NCBI GenBank assembly: GCA_947378275.1
Contig: CANCJD010000001.1
Location: forward strand, 1-58,500
Reading direction: 5' to 3'
From: Comamonadaceae bacterium
Lineage (GTDB): Bacteria; Pseudomonadota; Gammaproteobacteria; Burkholderiales; Burkholderiaceae_C
DNA: 58,500 nucleotides
In this document: positions 20,389-30,570 of the stretch, piece after piece
Layout of the letters: the number at the start of each line of letters is the position of its first letter
Position numbering within the stretch: position 1 is the first letter of the stretch
Notes under the pieces: model-generated
What the model was told of the DNA's origin: nothing
Databases searched by the model: none
The model's input: the letters and a program-made list of their open reading frames with translations, nothing else
Made by a program: the position numbers and the translations under genes

Positions 20389-20709
20389 ATGGAAGTTGTA
20401 TCTCCCACCATATTGAACCTGATCATCTTTGTGCTGGCCATTTACGTGGGCTACCACGTGGTCTGGACGGTGACACCCGCGTTGCACACGCCGCTGATGG
20501 CGGTGACCAATGCCATCTCGGCCATCGTGATCGTTGGCGCCATGCTGGCGGCTGCGCTGACCGAGACCACGCTGGGTAAAACCATGGGCGTGCTGGCCGT
20601 GGCGCTTGCGGCGGTCAATGTGTTTGGCGGCTTTATGGTCACCCGGCGCATGCTGGAGATGTTCAAGAAAAAAGAGAAAAAAGTTGTAACTAAGGACGGT
20701 GCGCAATGA
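20389..20709 (+). CDS. pntAB: NAD(P) transhydrogenase alpha subunit part 2
   Basis: ALHTPLM-VTNAIS, NVFGGF-VT-RML-MF. Confidence 0.95.
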   Translation: MEVVSPTILNLIIFVLAIYVGYHVVWTVTPALHTPLMAVTNAISAIVIVGAMLAAALTETTLGKTMGVLAVALAAVNVFGGFMVTRRMLEMFKKKEKKVVTKDGAQ

Positions 20710-22145
20710 GCCTGAACCTCGTCACCCTGTTGTATTTGTTCGCCAGCGTCTGCTTTATCCAGGCGCTCAAGGGACTGTCGCACCCCACCACCTCGATCCG
20801 CGGCAACGTGTTCGGCATGATCGGCATGGCCGTGGCCGCTGTCACGACCGCCGCCCTGATTTACAAACTGGCCATGCACATGGGGCAAGACGGTTTCACC
20901 GGTCTGGGCTGGGTGCTGGGTGCCCTGTTGGTGGGCGGCACTGTCGGAACCGTGATGGCGCAGCGTGTCGAGATGACCAAGATGCCTGAGCTGGTGGCAT
21001 TCATGCACAGCATGATCGGTCTGGCGGCGGTCTTCATTGCCGTGGCGGCCGTGGCCGAACCCAGTGCGCTTTTACATGGTCTGGAAAAAGGCGCGCCGAT
21101 TCCTGCGGGCAACCGTCTGGAGTTGTTCTTGGGCGCGGCCATTGGTGCCATTACCTTCAGTGGGTCGGTAATTGCCTTTGGCAAGCTTTCGGGCAAGTAC
21201 AAGTTCCGCCTGTTCCAGGGCGCACCGGTGCAGTTTGCGGGCCAGCACAAGCTCAATCTGGTGCTGGGCCTGACCACGCTGGGCCTGGGACTGTGCTTTA
21301 TGGCCAATGGCGCTTGGTGGGCGTTTTTCGCCATGCTGGCGCTGTCTTTTGTGATGGGCGTGCTCATCATCATCCCGATTGGCGGGGCTGACATGCCGGT
21401 GGTGGTGTCCATGCTCAACAGCTATTCAGGCTGGGCGGCGGCGGGCATTGGCTTTAGCTTGAACAACAGCATGCTCATCATTGCGGGCAGCCTGGTGGGT
21501 TCGAGCGGGGCGATCCTGAGCTACATCATGTGCAAGGCCATGAACCGCTCTTTCTTTAACGTGATTTTGGGTGGCTTTGGTGGTGACGCCACGGCCGCAG
21601 CCAGCGGCAGCACCGAGCAGCGCCCGGTCAAGAGCGGCAGCGCTGACGACGCCGCTTACATGCTGGCGAATGCTGAAACGGTGGTCATCGTGCCGGGCTA
21701 CGGTCTGGCTGTGGCGCGCGCGCAGCATGCGGTCAATGAACTGGCCGAGAAGCTGGTGCACAAGGGCATTAGCGTGAAATACGCCATCCATCCGGTGGCC
21801 GGGCGCATGCCAGGTCACATGAACGTGCTCTTGGCCGAGGCCGAAGTGCCGTACGACCAGGTGTTTGAGATGGAAGACATCAACGGTGAATTTCCGCAGG
21901 TCGACGTGGTCATCGTGCTCGGCGCCAACGACGTGGTCAACCCGGCGGCGCTGCAAAAAGGCAGCGCGATCTACGGCATGCCGATTCTGGAAGCCTACAA
22001 GGCCAAAACCATCATCGTCAACAAGCGCTCTATGGCCGCAGGCTACGCCGGTTTGGACAATGAGTTGTTCTACATGGACAAGACCATGATGGTGTTTGGC
22101 GATGCCAAAAAAGTCGTCGAAGACATGGTCAAGGCCATCGAGTAG
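20706..22145 (+). CDS. pntB: NAD(P) transhydrogenase beta subunit
   Basis: MPELVA..HS, GGADMPVV-SMLNSYSG, HPVAGRMPGHMNVLLAEA, GANDVVNP. Confidence 0.97.
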   Translation: MSLNLVTLLYLFASVCFIQALKGLSHPTTSIRGNVFGMIGMAVAAVTTAALIYKLAMHMGQDGFTGLGWVLGALLVGGTVGTVMAQRVEMTKMPELVAFMHSMIGLAAVFIAVAAVAEPSALLHGLEKGAPIPAGNRLELFLGAAIGAITFSGSVIAFGKLSGKYKFRLFQGAPVQFAGQHKLNLVLGLTTLGLGLCFMANGAWWAFFAMLALSFVMGVLIIIPIGGADMPVVVSMLNSYSGWAAAGIGFSLNNSMLIIAGSLVGSSGAILSYIMCKAMNRSFFNVILGGFGGDATAAASGSTEQRPVKSGSADDAAYMLANAETVVIVPGYGLAVARAQHAVNELAEKLVHKGISVKYAIHPVAGRMPGHMNVLLAEAEVPYDQVFEMEDINGEFPQVDVVIVLGANDVVNPAALQKGSAIYGMPILEAYKAKTIIVNKRSMAAGYAGLDNELFYMDKTMMVFGDAKKVVEDMVKAIE

Positions 22146-22165
22146 GGCGTGTTGAAGGTATCCAC

Positions 22166-23839
22166 ATGACCGCACACACCTGGCTTAGCGCCTACCCACC
22201 GGGAGTTCCAGCAGAGATTGACCCTTCGCAGTACCAGTCATTGGTCGCGCTGATGGAGGAGGCGTTTGCCAAGTACGCCAACCGGGTGGCTTACAGCTTC
22301 ATGGGCGCGAACATCAGCTTTGCACAGACCGATCGCCTGAGCTTGAGCGTGGCGGCCTATTTGCAGGGTTTGGGCTTGGCCAAGGGCGACCGGGTTGCCA
22401 TCATGATGCCCAATGTGCCGCAGTACCCGGTGGCGGTGGCGGCCATTTTGCGGGCTGGTTTCGTCGTGGTCAACGTCAACCCGCTGTATACCCCGCGTGA
22501 GTTGGAACACCAGCTCAAGGACGCGGGTGCCAAAGCCATCTTCATCCTGGAAAACTTTGCCAGCACACTGCAAAAATGCCTGGTTAGCACGCCGCTAAAG
22601 CACATCGTCTTGTGTGCCCTGGGCGACCAGCTCGGTCTGCTCAAGGGCACATTGGTGAATTACGTGGTGCGTTCACGCAAAAAGCTGGTGCCCGCCTATG
22701 ACCTGCCCCAGGCGGTGCGTTTTAACGCCGCTGTGGCCCAGGGCAGCAAGTCACCGTTTGCCAAGCCCGACTTGCACGCCCATGATGTGGCGGTGCTGCA
22801 ATACACCGGCGGCACCACCGGCGTGTCCAAAGGCGCGGTGCTGCTGCACCGCAACCTGATTGCCAACGTGCTGCAGTCCGAGGCCTGGAACCAGCCGGTC
22901 ATGCACGACCTGCCCGCCGACCAGCAGCCCACCAGCGTGTGCGCGCTGCCGCTGTACCACATCTTCGCCTTCACCATTGGCATGATGCTGAGCATGCGCA
23001 TGGGCGGCAAGCTGCTGCTGATCCCCAATCCGCGCGACATTCCGGCGGTGCTCAAGGAGCTGCAAAAGCACACCATCCACAGCTTTCCGGCCGTCAACAC
23101 CTTGTTCAACGGCCTGGCCAACCACCCGGATTTCAACACCGTGGACTGGAGCCATCTGCGCGTGTCACTGGGCGGTGGCACGGCAGTGCAAAGCAGCGTG
23201 GCCAAGCTCTGGTTCGAAAAAACGGGCTGCCCGATTTGTGAAGGTTACGGCCTGAGCGAAACCTCACCCTCGGTGAGCTGCAACTTGGTCACGGGCAAGG
23301 AATTCACCGGCACCATTGGCGTGCCTATTCCCGGCACCGCCATGAAACTGCTCGACGACAACGGCAATTTGTGCGCACCCGGCGAGCGTGGCGAAATCGC
23401 CATCAAGGGTCCGCAGGTCATGGCCGGCTACTGGCAGCGCCCGGATGAGACCGCCAAGGTGATGACGGCGGACGGCTACTTCAAGTCGGGTGACATCGGC
23501 ACCATGGATGAGCGCGGCTATTTCAAAATCGTGGACCGCAAAAAGGACATGATTCTGGTCAGCGGTTTTAACGTGTTTCCTACCGAGCTTGAAGACGTGG
23601 TGGCCCAATTGGCCGGCGTGATGGAGTGCGCCTGCATCGGCATGCCCGACGACAAGACGGGCGAAGCCGTCAAGCTCGTCATTGTCAAAAAAGACCCTGA
23701 CCTGACCGAGGCCGCCGTGCGCGCCCATTGCCGCGAAAACCTGACTGGCTACAAGCAGCCCAAGGTGGTGGAGTTTCGCGCCGACTTGCCCAAGACGCCG
23801 GTGGGCAAGATTTTGCGGCGCGAACTGCGCACGGTCTAA
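22166..23839 (+). CDS. fadD: long-chain-fatty-acid--CoA ligase
   Basis: QYTGGTTGVSKGA, EGYGLSE, DRKKDMILVSGFNV, LPKTPVGKILRR. Confidence 0.92.
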   Translation: MTAHTWLSAYPPGVPAEIDPSQYQSLVALMEEAFAKYANRVAYSFMGANISFAQTDRLSLSVAAYLQGLGLAKGDRVAIMMPNVPQYPVAVAAILRAGFVVVNVNPLYTPRELEHQLKDAGAKAIFILENFASTLQKCLVSTPLKHIVLCALGDQLGLLKGTLVNYVVRSRKKLVPAYDLPQAVRFNAAVAQGSKSPFAKPDLHAHDVAVLQYTGGTTGVSKGAVLLHRNLIANVLQSEAWNQPVMHDLPADQQPTSVCALPLYHIFAFTIGMMLSMRMGGKLLLIPNPRDIPAVLKELQKHTIHSFPAVNTLFNGLANHPDFNTVDWSHLRVSLGGGTAVQSSVAKLWFEKTGCPICEGYGLSETSPSVSCNLVTGKEFTGTIGVPIPGTAMKLLDDNGNLCAPGERGEIAIKGPQVMAGYWQRPDETAKVMTADGYFKSGDIGTMDERGYFKIVDRKKDMILVSGFNVFPTELEDVVAQLAGVMECACIGMPDDKTGEAVKLVIVKKDPDLTEAAVRAHCRENLTGYKQPKVVEFRADLPKTPVGKILRRELRTV

Positions 23840-23876
23840 GGAAGACGCCGCCCGGGCGCGGGCCCGGCCTTCTGCG

Positions 23877-24866
23877 CTATTTCAGCCAGCCGCGCTTGCC
23901 AAAGTACCACATGGGCACCAGCGCGCTGCAAACCATCAGCGCCACCGTGTACGGGTAGCTCCAGGCGCCCAAAAACTCCAACTCCGGAAACTTCAGGTTC
24001 ATGCCATAGACGCTGGCAATCAGCGTGGGTGGCAGCAGCGCCACGCTGGCCACCGAGAAGATCTTGATGACCTTGTTCTGGTTGATGTTGATGAAGCCGA
24101 CCGTGGCATCCATCAAGAAGTTGATCTTGTCAAACAAAAACGCGGTGTGCGAATCGAGCGAATCAATGTCGCGCAAAATTTGGCGCGCTTCTTCAAACTG
24201 CTCGGCGTTGAGCATTTTGGAGCGCATCATGAAACTCACCGCGCGCCGGGTGTCCATCACGTTGCGGCGAATGCGGCCACTCAAATCCTCATGGCGGGCA
24301 ATGGCGCCCAGTGCTTCGCCGGCAATCGCGTCGGTCACGTCGCCTGACAGCACTTTTTTGCTTACTTTTTCCAGCTCATCGTAAATGCCTTCGAGCGTGT
24401 CGGCGGAATATTCGGCGTCGGCGTCGAACAGTTTGAGCAGCACTTCCTTGGCGTCTTCAATCAGCCCGGGCGCGCGCCGAGCGCGCATGCGCAGCAGGCG
24501 GAACACGGGCACGTCTTCGTCGTGGATGGAAAACAGCACTCCTTTGCTTTTTAGGCTGTCATTGACCAGGTTCAGGATAAAGGCGGCGCGCACGGTGCGC
24601 GGCTCGTGTTCATCGGCGATCAAGAAGTCGCTGCGAATGTGCAGTTCCCCGTTGTCCTCGGTATAGAAGCGGGCAGATTCCTCGATGTCCTCGTCCATCG
24701 CGTCCTCAGGAATCGACAGGCCGTAATACTGTTTGATCCAGCGTTTTTCTTCAACGGTAGGGGATTCCAGATCGACCCAGATGGGTTGGAATTTCGAGAG
24801 CTCTTCTAGGGACTCGATTTCTTCCTGGAACAGGCGGCCATTGGCCAAGGTAAAAATATTGAGCAT
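23877..24866 (-). CDS. corA: magnesium/cobalt transporter CorA
   Basis: PPTLIASVYGMN signature, WVDL, two C-terminal TM helices. Confidence 0.95.
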   Translation of the reverse strand: MLNIFTLANGRLFQEEIESLEELSKFQPIWVDLESPTVEEKRWIKQYYGLSIPEDAMDEDIEESARFYTEDNGELHIRSDFLIADEHEPRTVRAAFILNLVNDSLKSKGVLFSIHDEDVPVFRLLRMRARRAPGLIEDAKEVLLKLFDADAEYSADTLEGIYDELEKVSKKVLSGDVTDAIAGEALGAIARHEDLSGRIRRNVMDTRRAVSFMMRSKMLNAEQFEEARQILRDIDSLDSHTAFLFDKINFLMDATVGFININQNKVIKIFSVASVALLPPTLIASVYGMNLKFPELEFLGAWSYPYTVALMVCSALVPMWYFGKRGWLK

Positions 24867-24967
24867 GGGTGTGGGTGGCTGAGGTTCGGGGGCCCATCGT
24901 GCGATGGGGCGAAGGTGCTGCTGCAGCTTTCGAACGACGGGCCAAGAACACCGCAACCATCCGAAAG

Positions 24968-24991
24968 CTACCTACTGGGGTCGTTGTCCAA
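24968..24991 (-). CDS. putative corA leader peptide (uORF; TTG GAC AAC GAC CCC AGT AGG TAG = MDNDPSR)
   Basis: GGAG SD 8 nt upstream of the TTG, TGCGATAAT extended -10 further upstream, stop codon inside an 8-bp stem. Confidence 0.55.
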   Translation of the reverse strand: MDNDPSR

Positions 24992-25101
24992 GAAATACGC
25001 TCCAAAGTGGGGAAGCGCAAATTATCGCACCCGCGTGTGGCACGGCGCGCCTTTTACGCGGGCCAGCTTGGCGCTTGCTGCACTGCGTCACGAAAAAGCC
25101 T

Positions 25102-25130
25102 TTGCGTTTGCCGAAAAAGGGGCGCATAGT
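25102..25130 (+). promoter_or_regulatory. putative sigma70 promoter of hpf
   Basis: TTGCGT-17 nt-CATAGT. Confidence 0.45.
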
Positions 25131-25228
25131 GGAGCCGAGGGTCTGAAAACCCTCGGGTTTTTGTGGAAGTGGACCGGCGGCCTGCGGGTTGCCGGGTTTT
25201 TGTTCTGAGAGCAACTGGAGCCCCATTT

Positions 25229-25558
25229 ATGAATCTGACAATCAGCGGTCACCATCTGGAAGTTACCCCCGCCTTGCGCATGTACGTCACCGAAAAGCTC
25301 GACCGCATCACGCGCCACTTCGACCAAGTGGTCGACGTCAAGGTACTGCTCAGTATCGAAAACCAGAAAGAAAAAGAACGCCGCCAGCGCGCCGAATGCA
25401 ACATCCACGTCAAGGGCAGCGATTTGTTTGCCGAAAGCGCGCACGCAGATCTGTATGCGGCTGTGGACGAGTTGGTAGACAAGCTAGACCGCCAAGTAGT
25501 GCGCCACAAAGACCGCATTCAAGACCACCACCACGAGGCGCCCAAGCGCCTGATGTAA
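25229..25558 (+). CDS. hpf: ribosome hibernation promoting factor / RaiA family
   Basis: [31 protein letters not shown]; RBS GGAG. Confidence 0.93.
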   Translation: MNLTISGHHLEVTPALRMYVTEKLDRITRHFDQVVDVKVLLSIENQKEKERRQRAECNIHVKGSDLFAESAHADLYAAVDELVDKLDRQVVRHKDRIQDHHHEAPKRLM

Positions 25559-25583
25559 GCGTCGGCTCGCTTGGGCCAAAGCC

Positions 25584-25614
25584 AAACCCGCCGCATAAAA
25601 CGGCGGGTTTTTTT
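25584..25614 (+). terminator. intrinsic terminator after hpf
   Basis: AAACCCGCCG-CATAAAA-CGGCGGGTTT followed by TTTT. Confidence 0.8.
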
Positions 25615-25636
25615 ATGTGCATAATCCGCTCACCTT

Positions 25637-26104
25637 ATGAACCGCCTCGCCTTATTACTGCCCCAACCGCATGTGCTTGCCCAGGTGGACGTCACCAGCA
25701 AAAAGCGCGCGTTTGAAGAAGCGGGGCTTCTGTTTGAGAGCCTGCATGGCCTGAGCCGCGCGCTGGTCACCGACAGCCTGTTTTCCCGCGAACGACTGGG
25801 TTCGACCGGACTGGGCCACGGCGTGGCCATTCCGCACGGCCGCATCAAGGGTTTGAAGTCGCCCATGGCGGCGGTTTTTCAGCTGCTCAAGCCCATCGGC
25901 TTTGACGCGCCGGACGACCAGGCGGTAACCCTGCTGATATTTCTCTTGGTGCCCGAAGCGGCCACCCAAAAGCACCTCGAAATTTTGTCTGAAATCGCCG
26001 AGTTGCTCAGCGACGCCGACATGCGCCAGCGCCTGACCACGGCGACCGACGCCGTTGCGCTGCACGAACTGCTGACTGGCTGGCGCTCGACGCAACTGCA
26101 TTGA
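25637..26104 (+). CDS. ptsN: PTS IIA-like nitrogen regulatory protein
   Basis: RERLGSTGLGHGVAIPH (phospho-His), FDAPD. Confidence 0.93.
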   Translation: MNRLALLLPQPHVLAQVDVTSKKRAFEEAGLLFESLHGLSRALVTDSLFSRERLGSTGLGHGVAIPHGRIKGLKSPMAAVFQLLKPIGFDAPDDQAVTLLIFLLVPEAATQKHLEILSEIAELLSDADMRQRLTTATDAVALHELLTGWRSTQLH

Positions 26105-26142
26105 GTTTGGCCCACCGGCCCTTTTAAAAGGCGCTTTACCCC

Positions 26143-27093
26143 GTGAAACCCAACGCCATCAGTGCCGACGTCCTGTTCGAGGCTTTTCGCTCGTACCTGC
26201 ATTGGGAGTGGGTCGCCGGTCTGGGGGCGTCTGAGCGCCGGTTTGACGAAGTGGCGGTGCGCGCCGCGCGCTCAGGCGCCGATCTGGTGGGTTACCTCAA
26301 TTACATCCACCCCTACCGGGTGCAAATTCTGGGCGAGCGCGAAATCGCGTACCTCACCAACGCCACGGCCGAAGACTGCGCCCGGCGCACCTCGCGCATC
26401 GTGACGCTGGAGCCGCCGGTGATCGTGCTGGCTGACGGGCAGCAAGCGCCCGACGCCCTGATTTCCATGTGCGAGCGGGCGCAAATTCCGATGTTTGCGG
26501 CCCAGGGCTCGTCGGCCTTTGTGATTGATGTGCTGCGGGCCTATTTGTCCAAGCACTTTGCTGACCGGGTGTCGATGCACGGCGTGTTCATGGACATTTT
26601 GGGTCTGGGTGTGCTGATTACGGGTGAGTCTGGCCTGGGCAAAAGCGAACTGGGGCTGGAGCTGATCTCGCGCGGCAACGGCCTGGTGGCCGATGACGCG
26701 GTGGATTTGTACCGCATCAACCAGACCACGATTGAGGGCCGCTGCCCTGATTTGCTGCAAAACCTGCTGGAAGTGCGCGGCATTGGCTTGCTCGATATCC
26801 GTGCCATCTTTGGCGAAACCGCCGTGCGCCGCAAGATGCGGCTCAAGCTCATCGTCCACTTGGTGCGCCGCGAGACGCTGGAGCGCGACTACGAGCGCAT
26901 GCCCTTTGAGCCTCTCACGCAAGACGTGGCCGGCATTCCGGTGCGCAAGGTGGTGATTCAGGTGGTGGCCGGGCGCAATATTGCGGTGCTGGTGGAAGCC
27001 GCTGTGCGCAATACGATTTTGCAGCTGCGCGGCATTGACACCTACCAGGACTTTGTGGACCGGCAGCGCCGGGCGATGGAGCAGGCCGGCTAG
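26143..27093 (+). CDS. hprK: HPr(Ser) kinase/phosphorylase
   Basis: [12 protein letters not shown] (Walker A), LVADD, LEVRGIG, GRNIA; GTG start. Confidence 0.95.
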   Translation: MKPNAISADVLFEAFRSYLHWEWVAGLGASERRFDEVAVRAARSGADLVGYLNYIHPYRVQILGEREIAYLTNATAEDCARRTSRIVTLEPPVIVLADGQQAPDALISMCERAQIPMFAAQGSSAFVIDVLRAYLSKHFADRVSMHGVFMDILGLGVLITGESGLGKSELGLELISRGNGLVADDAVDLYRINQTTIEGRCPDLLQNLLEVRGIGLLDIRAIFGETAVRRKMRLKLIVHLVRRETLERDYERMPFEPLTQDVAGIPVRKVVIQVVAGRNIAVLVEAAVRNTILQLRGIDTYQDFVDRQRRAMEQAG

Positions 27094-27103
27094 GCCACAG
27101 GTT

Positions 27104-27952
27104 TTAGGCGTAGCGCTTGCTGCGCAGGTTTTGCCGCATTTCGCTCAAGAGTGGCCCTAAGGTGGTGCTGCCGATGCGCAAGGCCACGGCGGTGGCCAAA
27201 ATATCCAGAATCATCAAGTGCATCAGGCGCGAGACCATGGGGCTGTATTTGTCAAAGCCCTCGGGGTGGTCGGCGCTGAGGTGGATGTGGCCAGCGCTGG
27301 CCAGGGGCGAGCCGCTGGCGGTAATCACGATGGTGGTGGCGCCGTTCTTGCGCGCAATGTCGCAGGCGTCCATCAGGTCGCGGGTGCGCCCGGAGTTGCT
27401 GATCACCACCACGCAGTCGCCCGCTCGCATGACCGAGGCGCTCATCACCTGCATGTGGCCGTCGCTGTAGGCGGTGGTGTTGACGCCCAGGCGGAAAAAC
27501 TTGTGCTGCCCGTCCTGGGCCACGATGCCGGAGTTGCCCACGCCAAAAAACTGGATTTGCCGCCCGGCCTTATAGGCTTCCACCAGTGCGACCACGGCCC
27601 GCTCCATGGACAGGGTGCTGGCTTCGTTGCGGTATTTGAGCAAGGCCGCCACTGTGTTGTCGATGACTTTGACCATCACGTCGCCGATCTTGTCGTCTAC
27701 GTCCACGCTGCGGTGGATAAAGGGCACGCCTTCGTTCACCGTGCCCGCCAGCTTGAGCTTGAAATCTGCCAGGCCGTCGTAGCCCACGCTGCGGCAAAAG
27801 CGCACTACCGTGGGTTTGCTCACATGCGAGCGGTCGGCCAGTTCGCTCACCGGCAGCTTGGCAAATGCACGTGGATCGGCCAGGCACAAGCGGCCCACGC
27901 GTTGTTCGGCGGGCGCCAGGGACGGCAGGGCGGCTTTGATTCGGTCGAGCAT
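27104..27952 (-). CDS. hexR: RpiR-family transcriptional regulator HexR
   Basis: HTH (VSKPTVVRFCR) plus SIS domain; directly downstream of zwf. Confidence 0.85.
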   Translation of the reverse strand: MLDRIKAALPSLAPAEQRVGRLCLADPRAFAKLPVSELADRSHVSKPTVVRFCRSVGYDGLADFKLKLAGTVNEGVPFIHRSVDVDDKIGDVMVKVIDNTVAALLKYRNEASTLSMERAVVALVEAYKAGRQIQFFGVGNSGIVAQDGQHKFFRLGVNTTAYSDGHMQVMSASVMRAGDCVVVISNSGRTRDLMDACDIARKNGATTIVITASGSPLASAGHIHLSADHPEGFDKYSPMVSRLMHLMILDILATAVALRIGSTTLGPLLSEMRQNLRSKRYA

Positions 27953-27987
27953 GGTGGGCCTTTGAGACAGTGGGGAGACGCCGGGCT

Positions 27988-29454
27988 TTAGGACTCTTCG
28001 TCCCAGCAAAAACCGTCGCGCGCAATCATGGCGCTAGACGCACTCGGGCCCCAGGTGCCTGCGCCATACAGGCGCGGCCCTTGCGCGTCAGCGGCCCAAT
28101 GCTTGATGAGCGGCTCCACCCAACGCCAGGCTTCTTCTTGCTCGTCGCTGCGCACGAACAGGTTCAGGCGGCCATCAATGACGTCAAGCAGCAGGCGCTC
28201 GTAGGCACCCACGCGCTCCGAGCCAAAGCGTTTGTCAAAGTCCAAGTCCAGCTGCACCGGCACCAGGGTTTGCGCCGCGCTGGCGCGTGCCTTGCGGTTG
28301 TTTTGGCCTTGGGCAAACAGATGCAACTCCAGCCCGTCTTTGGGTTGCAGGTTGATGACCAGTTGGTTGCCGGTCTGGCTGGTGGACTGGAAGATGGCGT
28401 GCGGCGTGGGGCGAAAGTTCACCACAATGCGCGCGTCGCGCCCGGCCAGGCGTTTGCCGGTGCGGATGTAGAAAGGCACACCGGCCCAGCGCCAGTTGGC
28501 AATTTCGGTGCGCAGGGCGACGAAGGTTTCGGTGTTGCTGTGCGGGTTGACGCCGGTCTCATCGCGGTAGGCCGGTACGGGCTGGCCGCCGCTGCTGCCG
28601 CTGGCGTACTGGCCTCGCACCACGTCCGTGACCAGGGTCTCGGTCGTCCAGGGCTTGAGCGAGCGCAGCACCTTGAGTTTTTCGTCGCGGATGGCGTCGG
28701 CATGGGCGTTGATGGGCGGCTCCATGCCAATGGCGCACAGCAATTGCAGCGCGTGGTTTTGCACCATGTCGCGCAGCGCGCCGGTGGTTTCGTAAAAGCC
28801 GCCGCGGCTTTCGACGCCCAGGTCTTCGGCAATGGTGATCTGGATGTTGGCAATGTGCTCGCGCCGCCACAGGGGCTCGAACAAGGCGTTGCCAAAGCGC
28901 AGCGCAAACAGGTTTTGCACCGCCGGTTTGCCCAGGTAATGGTCGATGCGGAAAACCTGTTTTTCTTCAAAAAAGCGCCGCACCGTGTGGTTGATGGCGC
29001 GGTTGGACGCCAGGTCGTGGCCCAGCGGTTTTTCCAGCACCACGCGGGTGTGCGGCGTGTTCAGGCCCGCAGCGGCGAGTTGCTCGCACACAGTGGTGAA
29101 AAGCGAAGGGGCGGTGGCCACATACATCACCACGGTGTCGGCCTTGCGTTCTTGCAAGCTGGCGGCCAGGGTGGCGTAGTCGTCGGGCTTGGACAGGTCC
29201 ATGCGAACAAATTCCAAAATCGCGGCAAAGCGTTCAAACTCTTCGGCGCTGGGGCGTTTGGCCAGATCAACCTTGTCAAAGCGCGACTGGATCAGCGCGC
29301 GGTACTGTTCGTGCGAGAGGCTGTCACGCCCCACGCCGATGATGCGTCCGCCTTCGGGCAAGGTACCGTGGCGAAAGGCCTGGAACAGGGCGGGCATGAG
29401 TTTGCGCCACACCAAGTCGCCGGTGCCGCCAAATAAAACAAGGTCAAAGCTCAT
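27988..29454 (-). CDS. zwf: glucose-6-phosphate 1-dehydrogenase
   Basis: FGGTGDL, EKPLG, RIDHYLGK, RDMVQNH, RWAGVPF. Confidence 0.97.
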   Translation of the reverse strand: MSFDLVLFGGTGDLVWRKLMPALFQAFRHGTLPEGGRIIGVGRDSLSHEQYRALIQSRFDKVDLAKRPSAEEFERFAAILEFVRMDLSKPDDYATLAASLQERKADTVVMYVATAPSLFTTVCEQLAAAGLNTPHTRVVLEKPLGHDLASNRAINHTVRRFFEEKQVFRIDHYLGKPAVQNLFALRFGNALFEPLWRREHIANIQITIAEDLGVESRGGFYETTGALRDMVQNHALQLLCAIGMEPPINAHADAIRDEKLKVLRSLKPWTTETLVTDVVRGQYASGSSGGQPVPAYRDETGVNPHSNTETFVALRTEIANWRWAGVPFYIRTGKRLAGRDARIVVNFRPTPHAIFQSTSQTGNQLVINLQPKDGLELHLFAQGQNNRKARASAAQTLVPVQLDLDFDKRFGSERVGAYERLLLDVIDGRLNLFVRSDEQEEAWRWVEPLIKHWAADAQGPRLYGAGTWGPSASSAMIARDGFCWDEES

Positions 29455-29482
29455 AAAAAATCCGTGGGTGTAATGGAACGGT

Positions 29483-29530
29483 TGTTGATAAGTTACATAA
29501 AATCCGAGCTGGTAATGTAACTTTGTTTCA
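29483..29530. promoter_or_regulatory. pair of putative HexR operators between zwf and tal
   Basis: TGTTGATAAGTTACA (29483-29497) and TGTAACTTTGTTTCA (29516-29530), each one mismatch from TGTA-N7-TACA; hexR is adjacent. Confidence 0.6.
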
Positions 29531-29593
29531 TTGATAATTCAAGCCCGTTCTTGCTTGCAAGCGTATTGGCCTTTTTTTACCGGAAAAACTCCC

Positions 29594-30541
29594 ATGAACC
29601 AACTCGACGCGCTCAAACAATTCACGACCGTGGTGGCCGACACGGGCGACTTCAAGCAGCTCGACGCGTTCAAGCCGCAAGACGCCACGACCAACCCCTC
29701 GCTTATTCTGAAAGCGGTGCAAAAGCCCGACTACGCGCCGCTTCTGGCCGCCACCGTGGCGCAGCACCGGGGCCAGCCGCTCGACGTGGTGGTGGACCAC
29801 TTGCTGGTGCGCTTTGGCTGCGAGATTTTGTCCATCATCCCGGGCCGCGTCTCGACCGAGGTGGACGCACGCCTGAGCTTCGATGCCGCCGCCACCGTGG
29901 CGCGCGGCCAGCGCCTGATTGCGCTGTACCAGGCCCAAGGCATTGCCAAAGAGCGCGTGCTGATCAAGGTGGCCGCCACCTGGGAAGGCATCCAAGCCGC
30001 AGCCCAACTCGAGCGTGAAGGCATCCACACCAACCTGACGCTGCTGTTCTCGTTTTGCCAGGCCGTGGCCTGCGGCCAGGCCAAGGTGCAACTGATTTCG
30101 CCCTTTGTGGGCCGCATTTACGACTGGTACAAAAAATCGGCCGGCGCCGCGTGGGTGGAAGCGGATATGGCTGGCGCCAATGACCCCGGCGTGAAGTCGG
30201 TGGGCCAGATTTACAACTACTACAAAAAGCACGGCATCGCCACCGAGGTGATGGGCGCGAGCTTTCGCAACGTGGGCCAGATCACGGCGCTGGCGGGCTG
30301 CGACCTGCTGACCATCAGCCCCGACTTGCTGGCCATTTTGGCGGCCACCGATGCGCCGCTTGCGGCTACCTTGAGCGCGGGCGCCGCCCAGGCCATGGAC
30401 ATTGCGCAGGTGCATTACACCGAGGCCAGCTTCCGCTTTGCCCTGAACGAAGACGCCATGGCCACCGAAAAGCTGGCCGAGGGCATCCGCGCCTTTTGCG
30501 TGGACGCGGTCAAGCTTGAACACCTCTTGCTCGCGGCCTGA
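29594..30541 (+). CDS. tal: transaldolase
   Basis: [41 protein letters not shown]. Confidence 0.97.
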   Translation: MNQLDALKQFTTVVADTGDFKQLDAFKPQDATTNPSLILKAVQKPDYAPLLAATVAQHRGQPLDVVVDHLLVRFGCEILSIIPGRVSTEVDARLSFDAAATVARGQRLIALYQAQGIAKERVLIKVAATWEGIQAAAQLEREGIHTNLTLLFSFCQAVACGQAKVQLISPFVGRIYDWYKKSAGAAWVEADMAGANDPGVKSVGQIYNYYKKHGIATEVMGASFRNVGQITALAGCDLLTISPDLLAILAATDAPLAATLSAGAAQAMDIAQVHYTEASFRFALNEDAMATEKLAEGIRAFCVDAVKLEHLLLAA

Positions 30542-30570
30542 GCGCTGCCCCTGCCTAGAGAGCCCCGCCC

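Noticed and set aside
23851-23868. CCGGGC-GCGG-GCCCGG hairpin between fadD and corA
   Set aside because: Short stem, no U tract, single copy; ordinary for a convergent junction.
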